Made by a program: the position numbers and the translations under genes
Part shown: positions 10,211-19,045 of the stretch, piece after piece
How the letters are laid out: the number at the start of each line of letters is the position of its first letter
Numbering within the stretch: position 1 is the first letter of the stretch
Sequence record: DRR378314_1976
DNA: 38,503 nucleotides
Direction: 5' to 3' (one strand)
The notes under the pieces: generated by a model
Seen by the model: only the letters and a program-made list of their open reading frames with translations
Database searches by the model: none
Told to the model about the DNA's origin: nothing

Positions 10211-10741
10211 ATGAGTAAACTAGTATCGCCTTTAAATTTTAAAAAATGGATTGATGAAAATCGTCATTTGCTAAAACCACCAGTAGGAAATAAATGTGTT
10301 TGGAAAGACGGAGAGTTTATAATTATGGTTGTTGGTGGGCCAAATAGTAGAAAAGATTATCATTATAATGAAACGCCAGAATTCTTTTACCAAGTAGAAG
10401 GAGATATGGTGTTAAAGATTATTGATTATGATGGAAAACAACAAGATGTAGCAATTAACGAAGGAGATATTTATTTGTTGCCAGCAAAAGTGCCACACTC
10501 GCCACAGCGAAAAGCAAACACTGTTGGTTTGGTGATTGAATATCCGCGTTCTGAAGGGATGCTTGATGCATTAGAATGGTATTGCGAAAATTGTGGAAAT
10601 CAATTGTATAGAGAGCCATTTGCGTTGGATAATATAGAAACTGATATGCCAATTATTTTTGATAAATATTATTCTGATTCAAAAAAATGTACTTGCTCTA
10701 ATTGTGGAACGGTGATGGAATCTCCTAATAAAATTTTATAA
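10211..10741 (+). CDS. nbaC: 3-hydroxyanthranilate 3,4-dioxygenase
   Basis: LKPPVGNK, VGGPNSRKDYHYNETPEFFYQ, VPHSPQR, and two CxxC (CENC, CSNC) for the rubredoxin-like site. Confidence 0.96.
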   Translation: MSKLVSPLNFKKWIDENRHLLKPPVGNKCVWKDGEFIIMVVGGPNSRKDYHYNETPEFFYQVEGDMVLKIIDYDGKQQDVAINEGDIYLLPAKVPHSPQRKANTVGLVIEYPRSEGMLDALEWYCENCGNQLYREPFALDNIETDMPIIFDKYYSDSKKCTCSNCGTVMESPNKIL

Positions 10742-11824
10742 ATGAAACGTAAACTTAGAATAAACGGTCATTCACATTTATTGCCATATCCAGAACAGAT
10801 TCCTCAGTTTATGAAAGACAAGGAAATATTTTGGGTAGATGATGAGCGTAAACATATGTTGCAAAAAGGATGGAAACGCCCAGTAACAGATTCGAGTTTC
10901 TTTTTAGATGAGAAGTTAGCGTGGATGGAGAAGAATAATTTGGATCACGCTGTGGTATTGAATCTTTCTCAATTATACGGAAATGGATTACGTTTGGAAG
11001 AAATGAAGAAGGCTTTGCGTTTTCAGAATGATTTCAATGCAAAAGTTCAACATGATCATCCATCTAAATTTACTTGTGGATTTGTAGTGCATCCAGGATT
11101 TATTCAAGGTGCATTATGGGAAATAGAACGTTGTGTAGTTGAGTTAGGATTGAAGGTATTGTGTTTACCTACACACTTTATGGATTCTATTGGTCAATGG
11201 CGATGTGTATTTGACAAAGAAAATGATCCAATTTTCGAATTGGCAAATAAATATAAATTGGCGATCGAAATTCATCCGTATGACGGAGATAAAATGATAA
11301 AATTAGAAAATACCAACTGGCGTTTTCATTTAATTTGGATGCTGGCACAATGTGGAGATGCATATCATTTTTATACTTTAAACGGAATGCAAGAGCGTTT
11401 TCCGAATATTCGAACTTGTTTTGCACATGGAGGTCAATTAGCGCAAATGAACTTAGGAAGAAGAATTCAAGGATTTGATGGAAGACCAGATTTATTTGAA
11501 GGGAAAACACATCCTAGAAAAGCAGTTGGTCATCCAAATATTTATTTTGATACGTTGGTACACGATACAGATTCGCTAAAATTGATGATAGAACGACAAG
11601 GCTCTAATCAGGTAATTATGGGTTTAGATGACCCGTATCCTTTAGGAGAAATGGAAAGTGATGCGCAATCTTCTTATCCAGGTAAGTTATTAGATTTAGC
11701 TATTGAGCGAAATTTAATCAATCAGAAAGAATATGATGAAATTTGGGAGGATAACACGCTGCGTTGGTTATTTGGAAATGATGAACAAGCAAAAAAAGAT
11801 TTGATTCAAAAAATAGTATCATAA
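10742..11824 (+). CDS. Amidohydrolase family protein, probable 2-amino-3-carboxymuconate-6-semialdehyde decarboxylase (ACMSD)
   Basis: N-terminal HxH (GHSH), IHP, FAHGG, YFDTLVHD, GLDDPYPLGE; directly follows nbaC. Confidence 0.88.
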   Translation: MKRKLRINGHSHLLPYPEQIPQFMKDKEIFWVDDERKHMLQKGWKRPVTDSSFFLDEKLAWMEKNNLDHAVVLNLSQLYGNGLRLEEMKKALRFQNDFNAKVQHDHPSKFTCGFVVHPGFIQGALWEIERCVVELGLKVLCLPTHFMDSIGQWRCVFDKENDPIFELANKYKLAIEIHPYDGDKMIKLENTNWRFHLIWMLAQCGDAYHFYTLNGMQERFPNIRTCFAHGGQLAQMNLGRRIQGFDGRPDLFEGKTHPRKAVGHPNIYFDTLVHDTDSLKLMIERQGSNQVIMGLDDPYPLGEMESDAQSSYPGKLLDLAIERNLINQKEYDEIWEDNTLRWLFGNDEQAKKDLIQKIVS

Positions 11825-11860
11825 AAAAAAGCCTTCTCCATTGAGAAGGCTTTTTTTTTT
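11823..11860. terminator. Bidirectional intrinsic terminator ending the kynurenine and ftsH operons
   Basis: A8-gccttctc-catt-gagaaggc-T10. Confidence 0.93.
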
Positions 11861-12491
11861 ATTGAAAAACTGTAGTGATATTAATGGCAACTTCATTCCA
11901 AGTTTTTGAAACACCGTCTTTACCTGCATGCAAAACTTTACATGCAACATTTAAAGAGTCAACAGCATTTTGAGCACTCCAATTGTTTAAAAGCATCGTA
12001 GCTGTTAATTTAAATTCTTTCCCTTCTATTGTATATGTAAAAGGTAAATCAGCAGTTACACCATTCATTGTTATTGAAGCAACTCCATTGGTGTCATCAG
12101 ATATGTTTAATGCTCCAGTTAGTAAAGAAGTATTGTCCATTACACCAAAGAAAAATTTTCTAATTTTGTAATCTCTACTCACATCAGAAGTGAAAATACT
12201 ACTAACAGGAATAGAAAATTCAGCGCCATTTATTGCTTCTTTAGCAGTATTTCCTTCTCCGTTTCTGGTTATGGTTACTTTTTTAAATTTCCCTTTAACT
12301 GGAATTTTCTCAGTAGTTTTATAAGCTATCCAATCAATAGTGTTTGTTGCTTTATTTAAAGAAAATGGATAGACTTTTATTGCTTTTTTACTACTTGAAG
12401 ATTTCTGTTTCTTTTCTGATTTACATGCTGTAAATTGAGTAGATAGACTAATTGTTAATACTAATATGATTAATTTTTTCATGATAGACAT
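11859..12491 (-). CDS. YceI-like lipid/polyisoprenoid-binding lipoprotein
   Basis: Lipobox-like FTAC; WIAYKT..PVKGKF, SIFT...RDYKI, ITMNGVT, KTWNEV. Start may be at MKKL. Confidence 0.75.
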   Translation of the reverse strand: MSIMKKLIILVLTISLSTQFTACKSEKKQKSSSSKKAIKVYPFSLNKATNTIDWIAYKTTEKIPVKGKFKKVTITRNGEGNTAKEAINGAEFSIPVSSIFTSDVSRDYKIRKFFFGVMDNTSLLTGALNISDDTNGVASITMNGVTADLPFTYTIEGKEFKLTATMLLNNWSAQNAVDSLNVACKVLHAGKDGVSKTWNEVAINITTVFQ

Positions 12492-12758
12492 TTATAATGA
12501 GTTGACTAATTTAATATATTCTTTTTTTGCGTTTTCTATAGACATCCCACGAAGTTGAACCCAAGCATTTAGTTTGAAACCGTTTCTAAGGTCAATTTCG
12601 TTAGACTCTACATATTCTGGATTATTATCACCGTAAGTAGCTTGTTTATAGTATGCGTACAACTTAAGCATTACATCTGGTGTGAACTGATCTTGAGACA
12701 GATCAGAAATTGTTCTATAAGCTTCTTTAAATTGTATGTCAATTTTGTTATTATTCAT
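12492..12758 (-). CDS. Acyl-CoA-binding protein (ACBP)
   Basis: LKLYAYYKQATYG, KLNAW, GMSIENAKKEYI. Confidence 0.9.
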   Translation of the reverse strand: MNNNKIDIQFKEAYRTISDLSQDQFTPDVMLKLYAYYKQATYGDNNPEYVESNEIDLRNGFKLNAWVQLRGMSIENAKKEYIKLVNSL

Positions 12759-13397
12759 TTATTTACTCCCAATTATTTGTTCACCTCCTTTAACCCTGTC
12801 TCCTAATTGAACATGTAATTTTGTGTTTAATGGCAAAAATAAATCTATTTTAGACCCAAAATTAATAAAGCCAGCATTTTCTCCTTGTAAAACATTATTG
12901 CTTTCTTGAGCGTAATTTACAATTCTTTTTACAAATGATTTTGAAATTTCTTGATACATGATATCGTTAAAAGAGCTATTATTAATAACTATAGTTGTTC
13001 GCTTATTTTTTGAAGAGAGGTTTAGGTCGGTATTATCTAGTAATCTTTTTGAGATTTTAACAATTCCACTAACTGGAAATCTGCTAACATGAACATTTAA
13101 TGGAGAAACAGAAATTGTTATTAGTAACCTATTGTCTTTAAAATATGTAGGTTCATAAACTTCTTTAAGAAATACTACTTTTCCGTCTACAGGAGCAATA
13201 ATATGGTTTTTATTAATTAAAACATTTCTTCTTGGGTTTCTAAAATATTGCAAAACCAATAAAAAGATAATTAACAAAGATATTTGAGCAATCTTTTGAA
13301 ATAAGTATGTTTCAAAAAACGATTCAGAAAGTAAAATACCAGCAACAATAATAATTGCGGTAATTGTAATGAAATTAAATCCTACTTTATGAAACAT
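12759..13397 (-). CDS. psd: Phosphatidylserine decarboxylase proenzyme homolog (divergent)
   Basis: YFRNP, APVDGKV, SPLNVHV and FGS self-cleavage motif; sits downstream of cdsA. Confidence 0.8.
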   Translation of the reverse strand: MFHKVGFNFITITAIIIVAGILLSESFFETYLFQKIAQISLLIIFLLVLQYFRNPRRNVLINKNHIIAPVDGKVVFLKEVYEPTYFKDNRLLITISVSPLNVHVSRFPVSGIVKISKRLLDNTDLNLSSKNKRTTIVINNSSFNDIMYQEISKSFVKRIVNYAQESNNVLQGENAGFINFGSKIDLFLPLNTKLHVQLGDRVKGGEQIIGSK

Positions 13398-13406
13398 AAT
13401 GAGGAA

Positions 13407-14207
13407 TTAAATAAAAAAGTATAAGTATAGAAACACGAAAGGTGCTGCGAAAAACAAGCTATCTAATCTGTCTAACATTCCGCCATGTCCTGGCATAATT
13501 GTACCGCTATCTTTAACGTTTGCTTGTCTTTTAAATTTTGATTCTACTAAATCTCCAATAGTTCCAAAAATTGAAAGAATAGACGCAATAATAATCCAAT
13601 CTACTAATTTAATTTCAGAATCTGTATGTTGTTGAGTAATAATAAATGCAGCAATTAAAGAAAAAATCCATCCGCCAATAAATCCTTCTATAGTTTTTTT
13701 TGGAGATACACTTTCAAAAAGTTTTCTTTTACCAAAGTTTTTTCCAACTAAGAATGCAAAACTATCATTCACCCAAATGAAAATTAAGATACAAATGACA
13801 ATTTTAGGTTGATAATTTCCAAAAACAAAAGGAATACTAATTAAAAAGCTAAAGGGAAGAATAATGTATCTTATAGAAAGATCAAATTTATCAATATTAG
13901 CTTTAGGGTAATTCTGAGTCTTATTGTACAGATTGTAAATTAAACGAATTGAACAAAGTAAGGTCGCAATTAATAAAAATATAATTACTTTTTCTGGAAC
14001 TTTATGAGGGAAATAAAATATAGATATAGCTAATAAAATATAAGGGATTACATTTTTAAACTTTACTATTCTAGAAAACTCCCATAAACAGATCGCAGTA
14101 AATAATGCAGTTATAGCAATATAACTTTTGGCATCATACCATATGGCAAATAAGAATAAAAAAACATAAACAAATCCTGATATAGATCTGGTAAGTAAGT
14201 TGTGCAT
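13407..14207 (-). CDS. cdsA: Phosphatidate cytidylyltransferase
   Basis: WVNDSFAFLVG, SPKKTIEG, GDLVESKFKR..VKDSG..MPGHGGMLDRLDS. Start set at MHNLL (14207). Confidence 0.95.
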   Translation of the reverse strand: MHNLLTRSISGFVYVFLFLFAIWYDAKSYIAITALFTAICLWEFSRIVKFKNVIPYILLAISIFYFPHKVPEKVIIFLLIATLLCSIRLIYNLYNKTQNYPKANIDKFDLSIRYIILPFSFLISIPFVFGNYQPKIVICILIFIWVNDSFAFLVGKNFGKRKLFESVSPKKTIEGFIGGWIFSLIAAFIITQQHTDSEIKLVDWIIIASILSIFGTIGDLVESKFKRQANVKDSGTIMPGHGGMLDRLDSLFFAAPFVFLYLYFFI

Positions 14208-14208
14208 A

Positions 14209-14799
14209 CTATAAATCTTCAAACAGCAGCAAATATAAGTTTTTTGAATTACTGTTACCGTAATTTAAGAAATTATCATCTTTTTTATTGATTGCATAGC
14301 TTTTTACAGCGCTAATATTAGTTGGGATATTTCCTTTAAAATTAGTTTTTATTCCAGTTAAACCTTCACCAGTGTTTTTAACTAATTGACTTGTAGTAGC
14401 AAAAACAATAAAATGCTCTGAAAGAGAAGCTATTTTTTTACTTCTTAATTGATTTGAAGAAAATAGAATATCTCCATTGTCAGATATTAAATGTTCACAA
14501 GAAGTTAAGAAAGGCGCAGAATAATTAATATCTTCTTTGATGGAAACATTTTTTTTATTTGCTAACTTAATTATGTCTTTGTCTATACAAACAAGTTCTT
14601 TCCAGTTGTTTTCAGAGATAATGTTCTCTAAATGATGTTTAACTTCTGATTTCTTAGTGCAATACAAGAATTTGCCACCTTTTTCTAGAAAATAGTGTAC
14701 AAAAGAATCATCTAAAGATAAATTGACTTCTTGCTTTTTAGCCGCTTTTTCTTCAGATGATTCGTTAGATATTTTAAATACTTTTTTTAAAAAACTCAT
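14209..14799 (-). CDS. LUD-domain (lactate utilisation B/C-like) conserved hypothetical protein
   Basis: GGKFLYC, CEHLI..G.ILFSS.Q; conserved flavobacterial position between ftsH and cdsA. Confidence 0.65.
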   Translation of the reverse strand: MSFLKKVFKISNESSEEKAAKKQEVNLSLDDSFVHYFLEKGGKFLYCTKKSEVKHHLENIISENNWKELVCIDKDIIKLANKKNVSIKEDINYSAPFLTSCEHLISDNGDILFSSNQLRSKKIASLSEHFIVFATTSQLVKNTGEGLTGIKTNFKGNIPTNISAVKSYAINKKDDNFLNYGNSNSKNLYLLLFEDL

Positions 14800-14826
14800 T
14801 CTTTATAAAAAAATAAAGGTAAAAAA

Positions 14827-16782
14827 TTATTCTTCAGTTTTTTCAATTACTTCAGTAGTTTTTTCTTCAATTTTATTTTCTTCTTTTTCAAAAGGTCTTT
14901 TTCCGAATATCTTTTCTAAGTCATCTTTAAAAATAACTTCTTTTTCTAAAAGTAATTCGGCAAGAGTTGTTAATTTTTCTTTATGAGATTCTAAAAGTTC
15001 TATTGCTCTTTGATATTGAGCCTCAATCATTTTAGAGATTTCTTGATCAATTGTTTTAGCTGTTTCCTCACTATAAGGTTTTACAAATGAATCGTTACCA
15101 GAAGAATCGTAATATGTTATATTTCCAACCTCTTCATTTAAACCATAAACCGTAACCATTGCTCTCGCTTGTTTAGTTACTTTTTCTAAATCACTTAAAG
15201 CACCTGTAGAAATTTTATTAAAGATAATTTTCTCTGCTGCTCTTCCTCCTAAAGTAGCACACATTTCATCAAGCATTTGCTCCGTTTGCACTATCATTCT
15301 TTCTGCAGGTAAATACCAAGCTGCGCCTAAAGATTGTCCTCTAGGTACTATTGTTACTTTAACTAAAGGTGCGGCATGTTCTAACATCCAGCTTACCGTT
15401 GCATGACCAGCTTCATGAAAAGCAATTGCTTTTTTCTCTTTAGGAGTAATAACTTTATTTTTCTTTTCTAACCCACCAACAATTCTATCAACGGCATCTA
15501 AGAAATCTTGATGTTCAATAGATTTTTTATTATTTCTTGCAGCAATTAAAGCTGCTTCATTACACATGTTTGCAATATCTGCTCCAGAAAAACCTGGAGT
15601 TTGTTGAGCTAAAAACTCAATATTTACATCTTCTCCTAATTTTAAAGGTTTAATATGAACATCGAAAATAGCCTGACGTTCGTTAATGTCTGGTAAATCT
15701 ACATAGATTTGACGATCAAAACGTCCAGCACGCATTAATGCTTTGTCTAAAACATCAGCACGGTTTGTTGCTGCTAAAACAATTACATTGGTGTCTGTAC
15801 CAAATCCATCCATTTCTGTTAACAATTGATTTAACGTGTTTTCACGTTCATCGTTACCACCTGTCATGCTGTTTTTTCCACGAGCTCTACCAATGGCATC
15901 AATTTCGTCAATAAAAATTATTGAAGGGGATTTTTGTTGTGCTTGTTTAAATAAATCTCTTACACGAGAAGCACCAACTCCAACAAACATTTCTACAAAG
16001 TCTGAACCAGATAAAGAGAAAAATGGTACACCAGCTTCACCAGCAACAGCTTTTGCTAATAATGTTTTTCCTGTTCCAGGTGATCCAACTAATAACGCTC
16101 CTTTTGGTATTTTACCACCTAAGGAAGTGTATTTTTCTGGATTCTTTAAGAAATCTACAATTTCTTGAACTTCTTCTTTTGCGCCTTCTAAACCAGCAAC
16201 ATCTTTAAAAGTAGTTTTAACTTTAGTGTCTTTGTCAAATAATTTAGCTTTTGATTTACCAATGTTAAAAATTTGGCCACCACCGCCACCTCCAGCACCA
16301 CCGCCAGACATTCTTCTCATGAAAAATAACCAAATAGCGATTAAAATGATGAATGGTAAAAACGCAAATATTTGATCCATAAAGCTTGTCTGCTCAATAT
16401 GTTTTTGATCAAAGTCTAACTTAAATGATTCTTTCGCGCTTGAAAGTTGATTTTCAAAATTTTGTAAATCCCCAAAATCATATGAGAAAATAGGAGCCCG
16501 TTGATTGAAAATTGTAGTTTTATTATACTTTTTGTATTCTGGTTTCTTTAAAGCTTCCTCAGTTAAATAAATTTGGGCACTGCTTCTATTTACAATTATT
16601 ATTTCTTTAATATCATTACTGCTAAGTATTTCTGAAAACTTATTAGTTGTAATGTTTCTAGAAGAAGTTTCTCCAGTGTTTAAAAACTGAAATCCTATTA
16701 ATAGAACAAAAATTGCTCCATAGATCCAGTAAAAATTGAATTTTGGTAAATTCTTTTTAGTTTTTTTATTAGAATCACTCAT
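14827..16782 (-). CDS. ftsH: ATP-dependent zinc metalloprotease FtsH
   Basis: Two TM segments, Walker A GSPGTGKT, Walker B IFIDEID, SRH, HEAGH. Confidence 0.98.
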   Translation of the reverse strand: MSDSNKKTKKNLPKFNFYWIYGAIFVLLIGFQFLNTGETSSRNITTNKFSEILSSNDIKEIIIVNRSSAQIYLTEEALKKPEYKKYNKTTIFNQRAPIFSYDFGDLQNFENQLSSAKESFKLDFDQKHIEQTSFMDQIFAFLPFIILIAIWLFFMRRMSGGGAGGGGGGQIFNIGKSKAKLFDKDTKVKTTFKDVAGLEGAKEEVQEIVDFLKNPEKYTSLGGKIPKGALLVGSPGTGKTLLAKAVAGEAGVPFFSLSGSDFVEMFVGVGASRVRDLFKQAQQKSPSIIFIDEIDAIGRARGKNSMTGGNDERENTLNQLLTEMDGFGTDTNVIVLAATNRADVLDKALMRAGRFDRQIYVDLPDINERQAIFDVHIKPLKLGEDVNIEFLAQQTPGFSGADIANMCNEAALIAARNNKKSIEHQDFLDAVDRIVGGLEKKNKVITPKEKKAIAFHEAGHATVSWMLEHAAPLVKVTIVPRGQSLGAAWYLPAERMIVQTEQMLDEMCATLGGRAAEKIIFNKISTGALSDLEKVTKQARAMVTVYGLNEEVGNITYYDSSGNDSFVKPYSEETAKTIDQEISKMIEAQYQRAIELLESHKEKLTTLAELLLEKEVIFKDDLEKIFGKRPFEKEENKIEEKTTEVIEKTEE

Positions 16783-16806
16783 GTGTTTGTGTCTATATGC
16801 TGTTTA

Positions 16807-17178
16807 TTAATTTGATGCATTGATTGAGGTGATTTTTGCATCTCCCCAAAGGCTTTCTATGTCGTAAAACTCTCTTATTTGTTTTTGAAAAACATGTACA
16901 ACTACGTTAACGTAATCCATTAAAACCCATTCTGCATTTACTTCTCCTTCTACATGCCAAGGTTTATCTTTTAAACTTTTACTAACTACTTTTTGAATTG
17001 AACCAGATATGGCTTTTACTTGAGTATTTGAGTTACCAGAACATATTATGAAATAGTCACAAACTGTATTTTCTATTTCTCTTAAATCTAATAGTTGAAT
17101 ATCTTCTCCCTTAACATCATCAATTCCTTTTATAATTTCAGCAATTAAATCGTCTGTGTTTACTTTTTTTACAGTCAT
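16807..17178 (-). CDS. rsfS: Ribosome silencing factor RsfS
   Basis: KGEDI..LDL, DYFIICSG, EG...WVLMDY..VVVHVF, FYDIESLW. Confidence 0.96.
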   Translation of the reverse strand: MTVKKVNTDDLIAEIIKGIDDVKGEDIQLLDLREIENTVCDYFIICSGNSNTQVKAISGSIQKVVSKSLKDKPWHVEGEVNAEWVLMDYVNVVVHVFQKQIREFYDIESLWGDAKITSINASN

Positions 17179-17200
17179 TAAAATTCTTTAATATTTAAAA

Positions 17201-17208
17201 CAAAGTTA
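17201..17208 (-). promoter_or_regulatory. Bacteroidota housekeeping-sigma -7 element for the rsfS-ftsH operon
   Basis: TAACTTTG on the minus strand, 22 nt before the rsfS start. Confidence 0.65.
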
Positions 17209-17265
17209 TTATTTTTTTATGAGTAATTTGCGCTATATTCAACTTGTTTGTAGAATATTTAACAA

Positions 17266-17997
17266 ATGAAGATAATCAAACTTGATGCCATCGACTCTAC
17301 CAATTCTTTTTTAAAAGAATTGGCGCATTCTAATAGTCTAGAAAACTATACAATTGTTACAGCTAGAGAACAAAAAAAAGGAAGAGGGCAAATGGGAACA
17401 AACTGGGTTTCTGAACCAGGTAAAAACTTGCTGTGCAGTGTTTATGTTACCTTTGAAGGTTTTCCAATTACACATCAAGTGTTAATTAATTATGCAGTCT
17501 CTTTAGCTGTTGTTAAAACTTTAGAGAGATTTAATGTGTCAAAACTAGCAATAAAGTGGCCAAACGACATTTTGTCATCTAATCAAAAACTGTGTGGTGT
17601 TTTGGTAGAAAATGTCATACAAAACAAAGAAATTAAATCTGCTATTATTGGGATTGGTTTAAATATTAATCAAGAAGTATTTTCAGATAATATTTTAAAT
17701 GTAACTTCTGTTTTAAATGCAACTGGGGCAAAAACAACTGTTGAGGAAGTTTTAGAAATATTAATTATTGAACTGAAGCAATACTTATCATTTATAACAA
17801 ATTCGAACACAAATATTTTAAAGAAGAGCTATTTGGATAAGCTGTATAAAAAAAACATTCCAACAATGTTTAAAAACAGTCAGAATGATTTGTTTATGGG
17901 GAAGATTGTAGGTGTGTCTCCTTTAGGAAAACTTCAAATTGAATTAGAGGATGAATCCATAAAAGAATTTGAAATCAAAGAAGTCTCTTTTGCTTAA
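17266..17997 (+). CDS. birA: Biotin--[acetyl-CoA-carboxylase] ligase (no HTH domain)
   Basis: IDSTN, Q.KGRGQ, KWPND, KLCGVLVE, IGIGLN. Confidence 0.94.
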   Translation: MKIIKLDAIDSTNSFLKELAHSNSLENYTIVTAREQKKGRGQMGTNWVSEPGKNLLCSVYVTFEGFPITHQVLINYAVSLAVVKTLERFNVSKLAIKWPNDILSSNQKLCGVLVENVIQNKEIKSAIIGIGLNINQEVFSDNILNVTSVLNATGAKTTVEEVLEILIIELKQYLSFITNSNTNILKKSYLDKLYKKNIPTMFKNSQNDLFMGKIVGVSPLGKLQIELEDESIKEFEIKEVSFA

Positions 17998-18383
17998 AGC
18001 TTAGAGATGTTTTCAGCTAATACTTCAATGAATTTACTTAATGGTTTTTTAACCATCATCGCCATCATTGGGTTAAAATCTCCATTAAAAACTAATTGAG
18101 CTTCTGATGAATTGTCAGAAACTTCAGTTAAGTTTCCTGATAAAGTAAATGGCAATTTGCTACTTGCCGCACCTAATGTAATATTAGAGAATTCGGTTTT
18201 TTCTTTTAATACCAATCTAATTTCTGGCATTCCTTTTAACGCAAATAAGAATGAATCACCATCTACCTCAAATTTTTGAGTGTTTTCTGGCATTAATTGT
18301 TCAAAGTTTTTTAAATCTGATAAAAATTCAAAGACTTCTTTAGTAGATTTAGCTACAGTTACTTTTTGACTTTCTAAATTCAT
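17994..18383 (-). CDS. SRPBCC/START-like hypothetical protein
   Basis: VFEFLSDLKNFEQLMP, FNPMMAMMVKKPL; sits downstream of pyrE. Confidence 0.7.
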   Translation of the reverse strand: MNLESQKVTVAKSTKEVFEFLSDLKNFEQLMPENTQKFEVDGDSFLFALKGMPEIRLVLKEKTEFSNITLGAASSKLPFTLSGNLTEVSDNSSEAQLVFNGDFNPMMAMMVKKPLSKFIEVLAENISKL

Positions 18384-18391
18384 AATTTATA

Positions 18392-19033
18392 TTATTGTTT
18401 CCACTCACTTGGATTTTTTCTCCAATCTTGTAAAGTGTTTAATTCTTTTTCTGAAATATATTTACTATCAAGAGCCTGTTCTAATAAATATTCATAACTA
18501 CTTAAAGTGGTTAATTCAACATTGCTTTCTTGAAAGTTGTTTGAAGCAATATCGAATCCATAAGTAAAAATAGCGACCATTCCTTTAATATTAACATCAG
18601 CTTCTTTTAATGCTTCTACAGCAAGTAAACTACTTTTACCAGTACTAATTAAGTCTTCGATTACTACTACATTTTGTCCTTTTTCTATATGACCTTCAAT
18701 TTGGTTTTTTCTACCGTGCTTTTTTGCCTCTGGTCTCACATATACAAAAGGAACTCCTAGTTCTTGAGCAACTAAAACACCTATAGCAATTGCACCGGTT
18801 GCAACACCAGCAATAACATCAGGTTTTCCATGTTTCTCTTCTACTAATTTCGCAATCTCTTCTTTTAAGAAATTTCTCACTGCAGGAAAAGATAGTGTAA
18901 TTCTATTGTCACAATATATTGGAGATTTCCATCCAGAAGCCCAGTTAAAAGGTTCAGAAGGGTTTAATTTTATTGCTTTTATTTGCAATAAAAATTCAGC
19001 TGTTTTTTTTGCCGTATCTTTGTTTAAAATCAT
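18392..19033 (-). CDS. pyrE: Orotate phosphoribosyltransferase
   Basis: WASGWKSPIYCDNR, YVR...KKHG, PRPP-binding VVVIEDLISTGKS. Confidence 0.97.
   Translation of the reverse strand: MILNKDTAKKTAEFLLQIKAIKLNPSEPFNWASGWKSPIYCDNRITLSFPAVRNFLKEEIAKLVEEKHGKPDVIAGVATGAIAIGVLVAQELGVPFVYVRPEAKKHGRKNQIEGHIEKGQNVVVIEDLISTGKSSLLAVEALKEADVNIKGMVAIFTYGFDIASNNFQESNVELTTLSSYEYLLEQALDSKYISEKELNTLQDWRKNPSEWKQ
19015..19022 (+). promoter_or_regulatory. -7 element for the NUDIX gene, located inside pyrE
   Basis: TATCTTTG matches TAnnTTTG. Confidence 0.6.
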
Positions 19034-19037
19034 GCCG

Positions 19038-19045
19038 CAAATGTA
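19038..19045 (-). promoter_or_regulatory. -7 element for pyrE (likely leaderless transcript)
   Basis: Minus strand reads TACATTTG-CGGC-ATG. Confidence 0.65.

Noticed and set aside
12492-12758. Eukaryote-like ACBP as a sign of recent horizontal transfer
   Set aside because: ACBP next to psd/cdsA is, to my knowledge, a common flavobacterial arrangement, and its composition matches its neighbours.
16275-16306. GC-rich ccacc/ccgcc repeats in ftsH
   Set aside because: They encode the ordinary glycine-rich linker after the second TM helix.
18906-19040. N-terminal extension of the NUDIX ORF, and similar extensions at 5817, 14222, 28484, 34845, 35613 and 2280
   Set aside because: They overlap neighbouring genes or precede clear signal peptides and promoter motifs. 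Downstream ATGs fit better.
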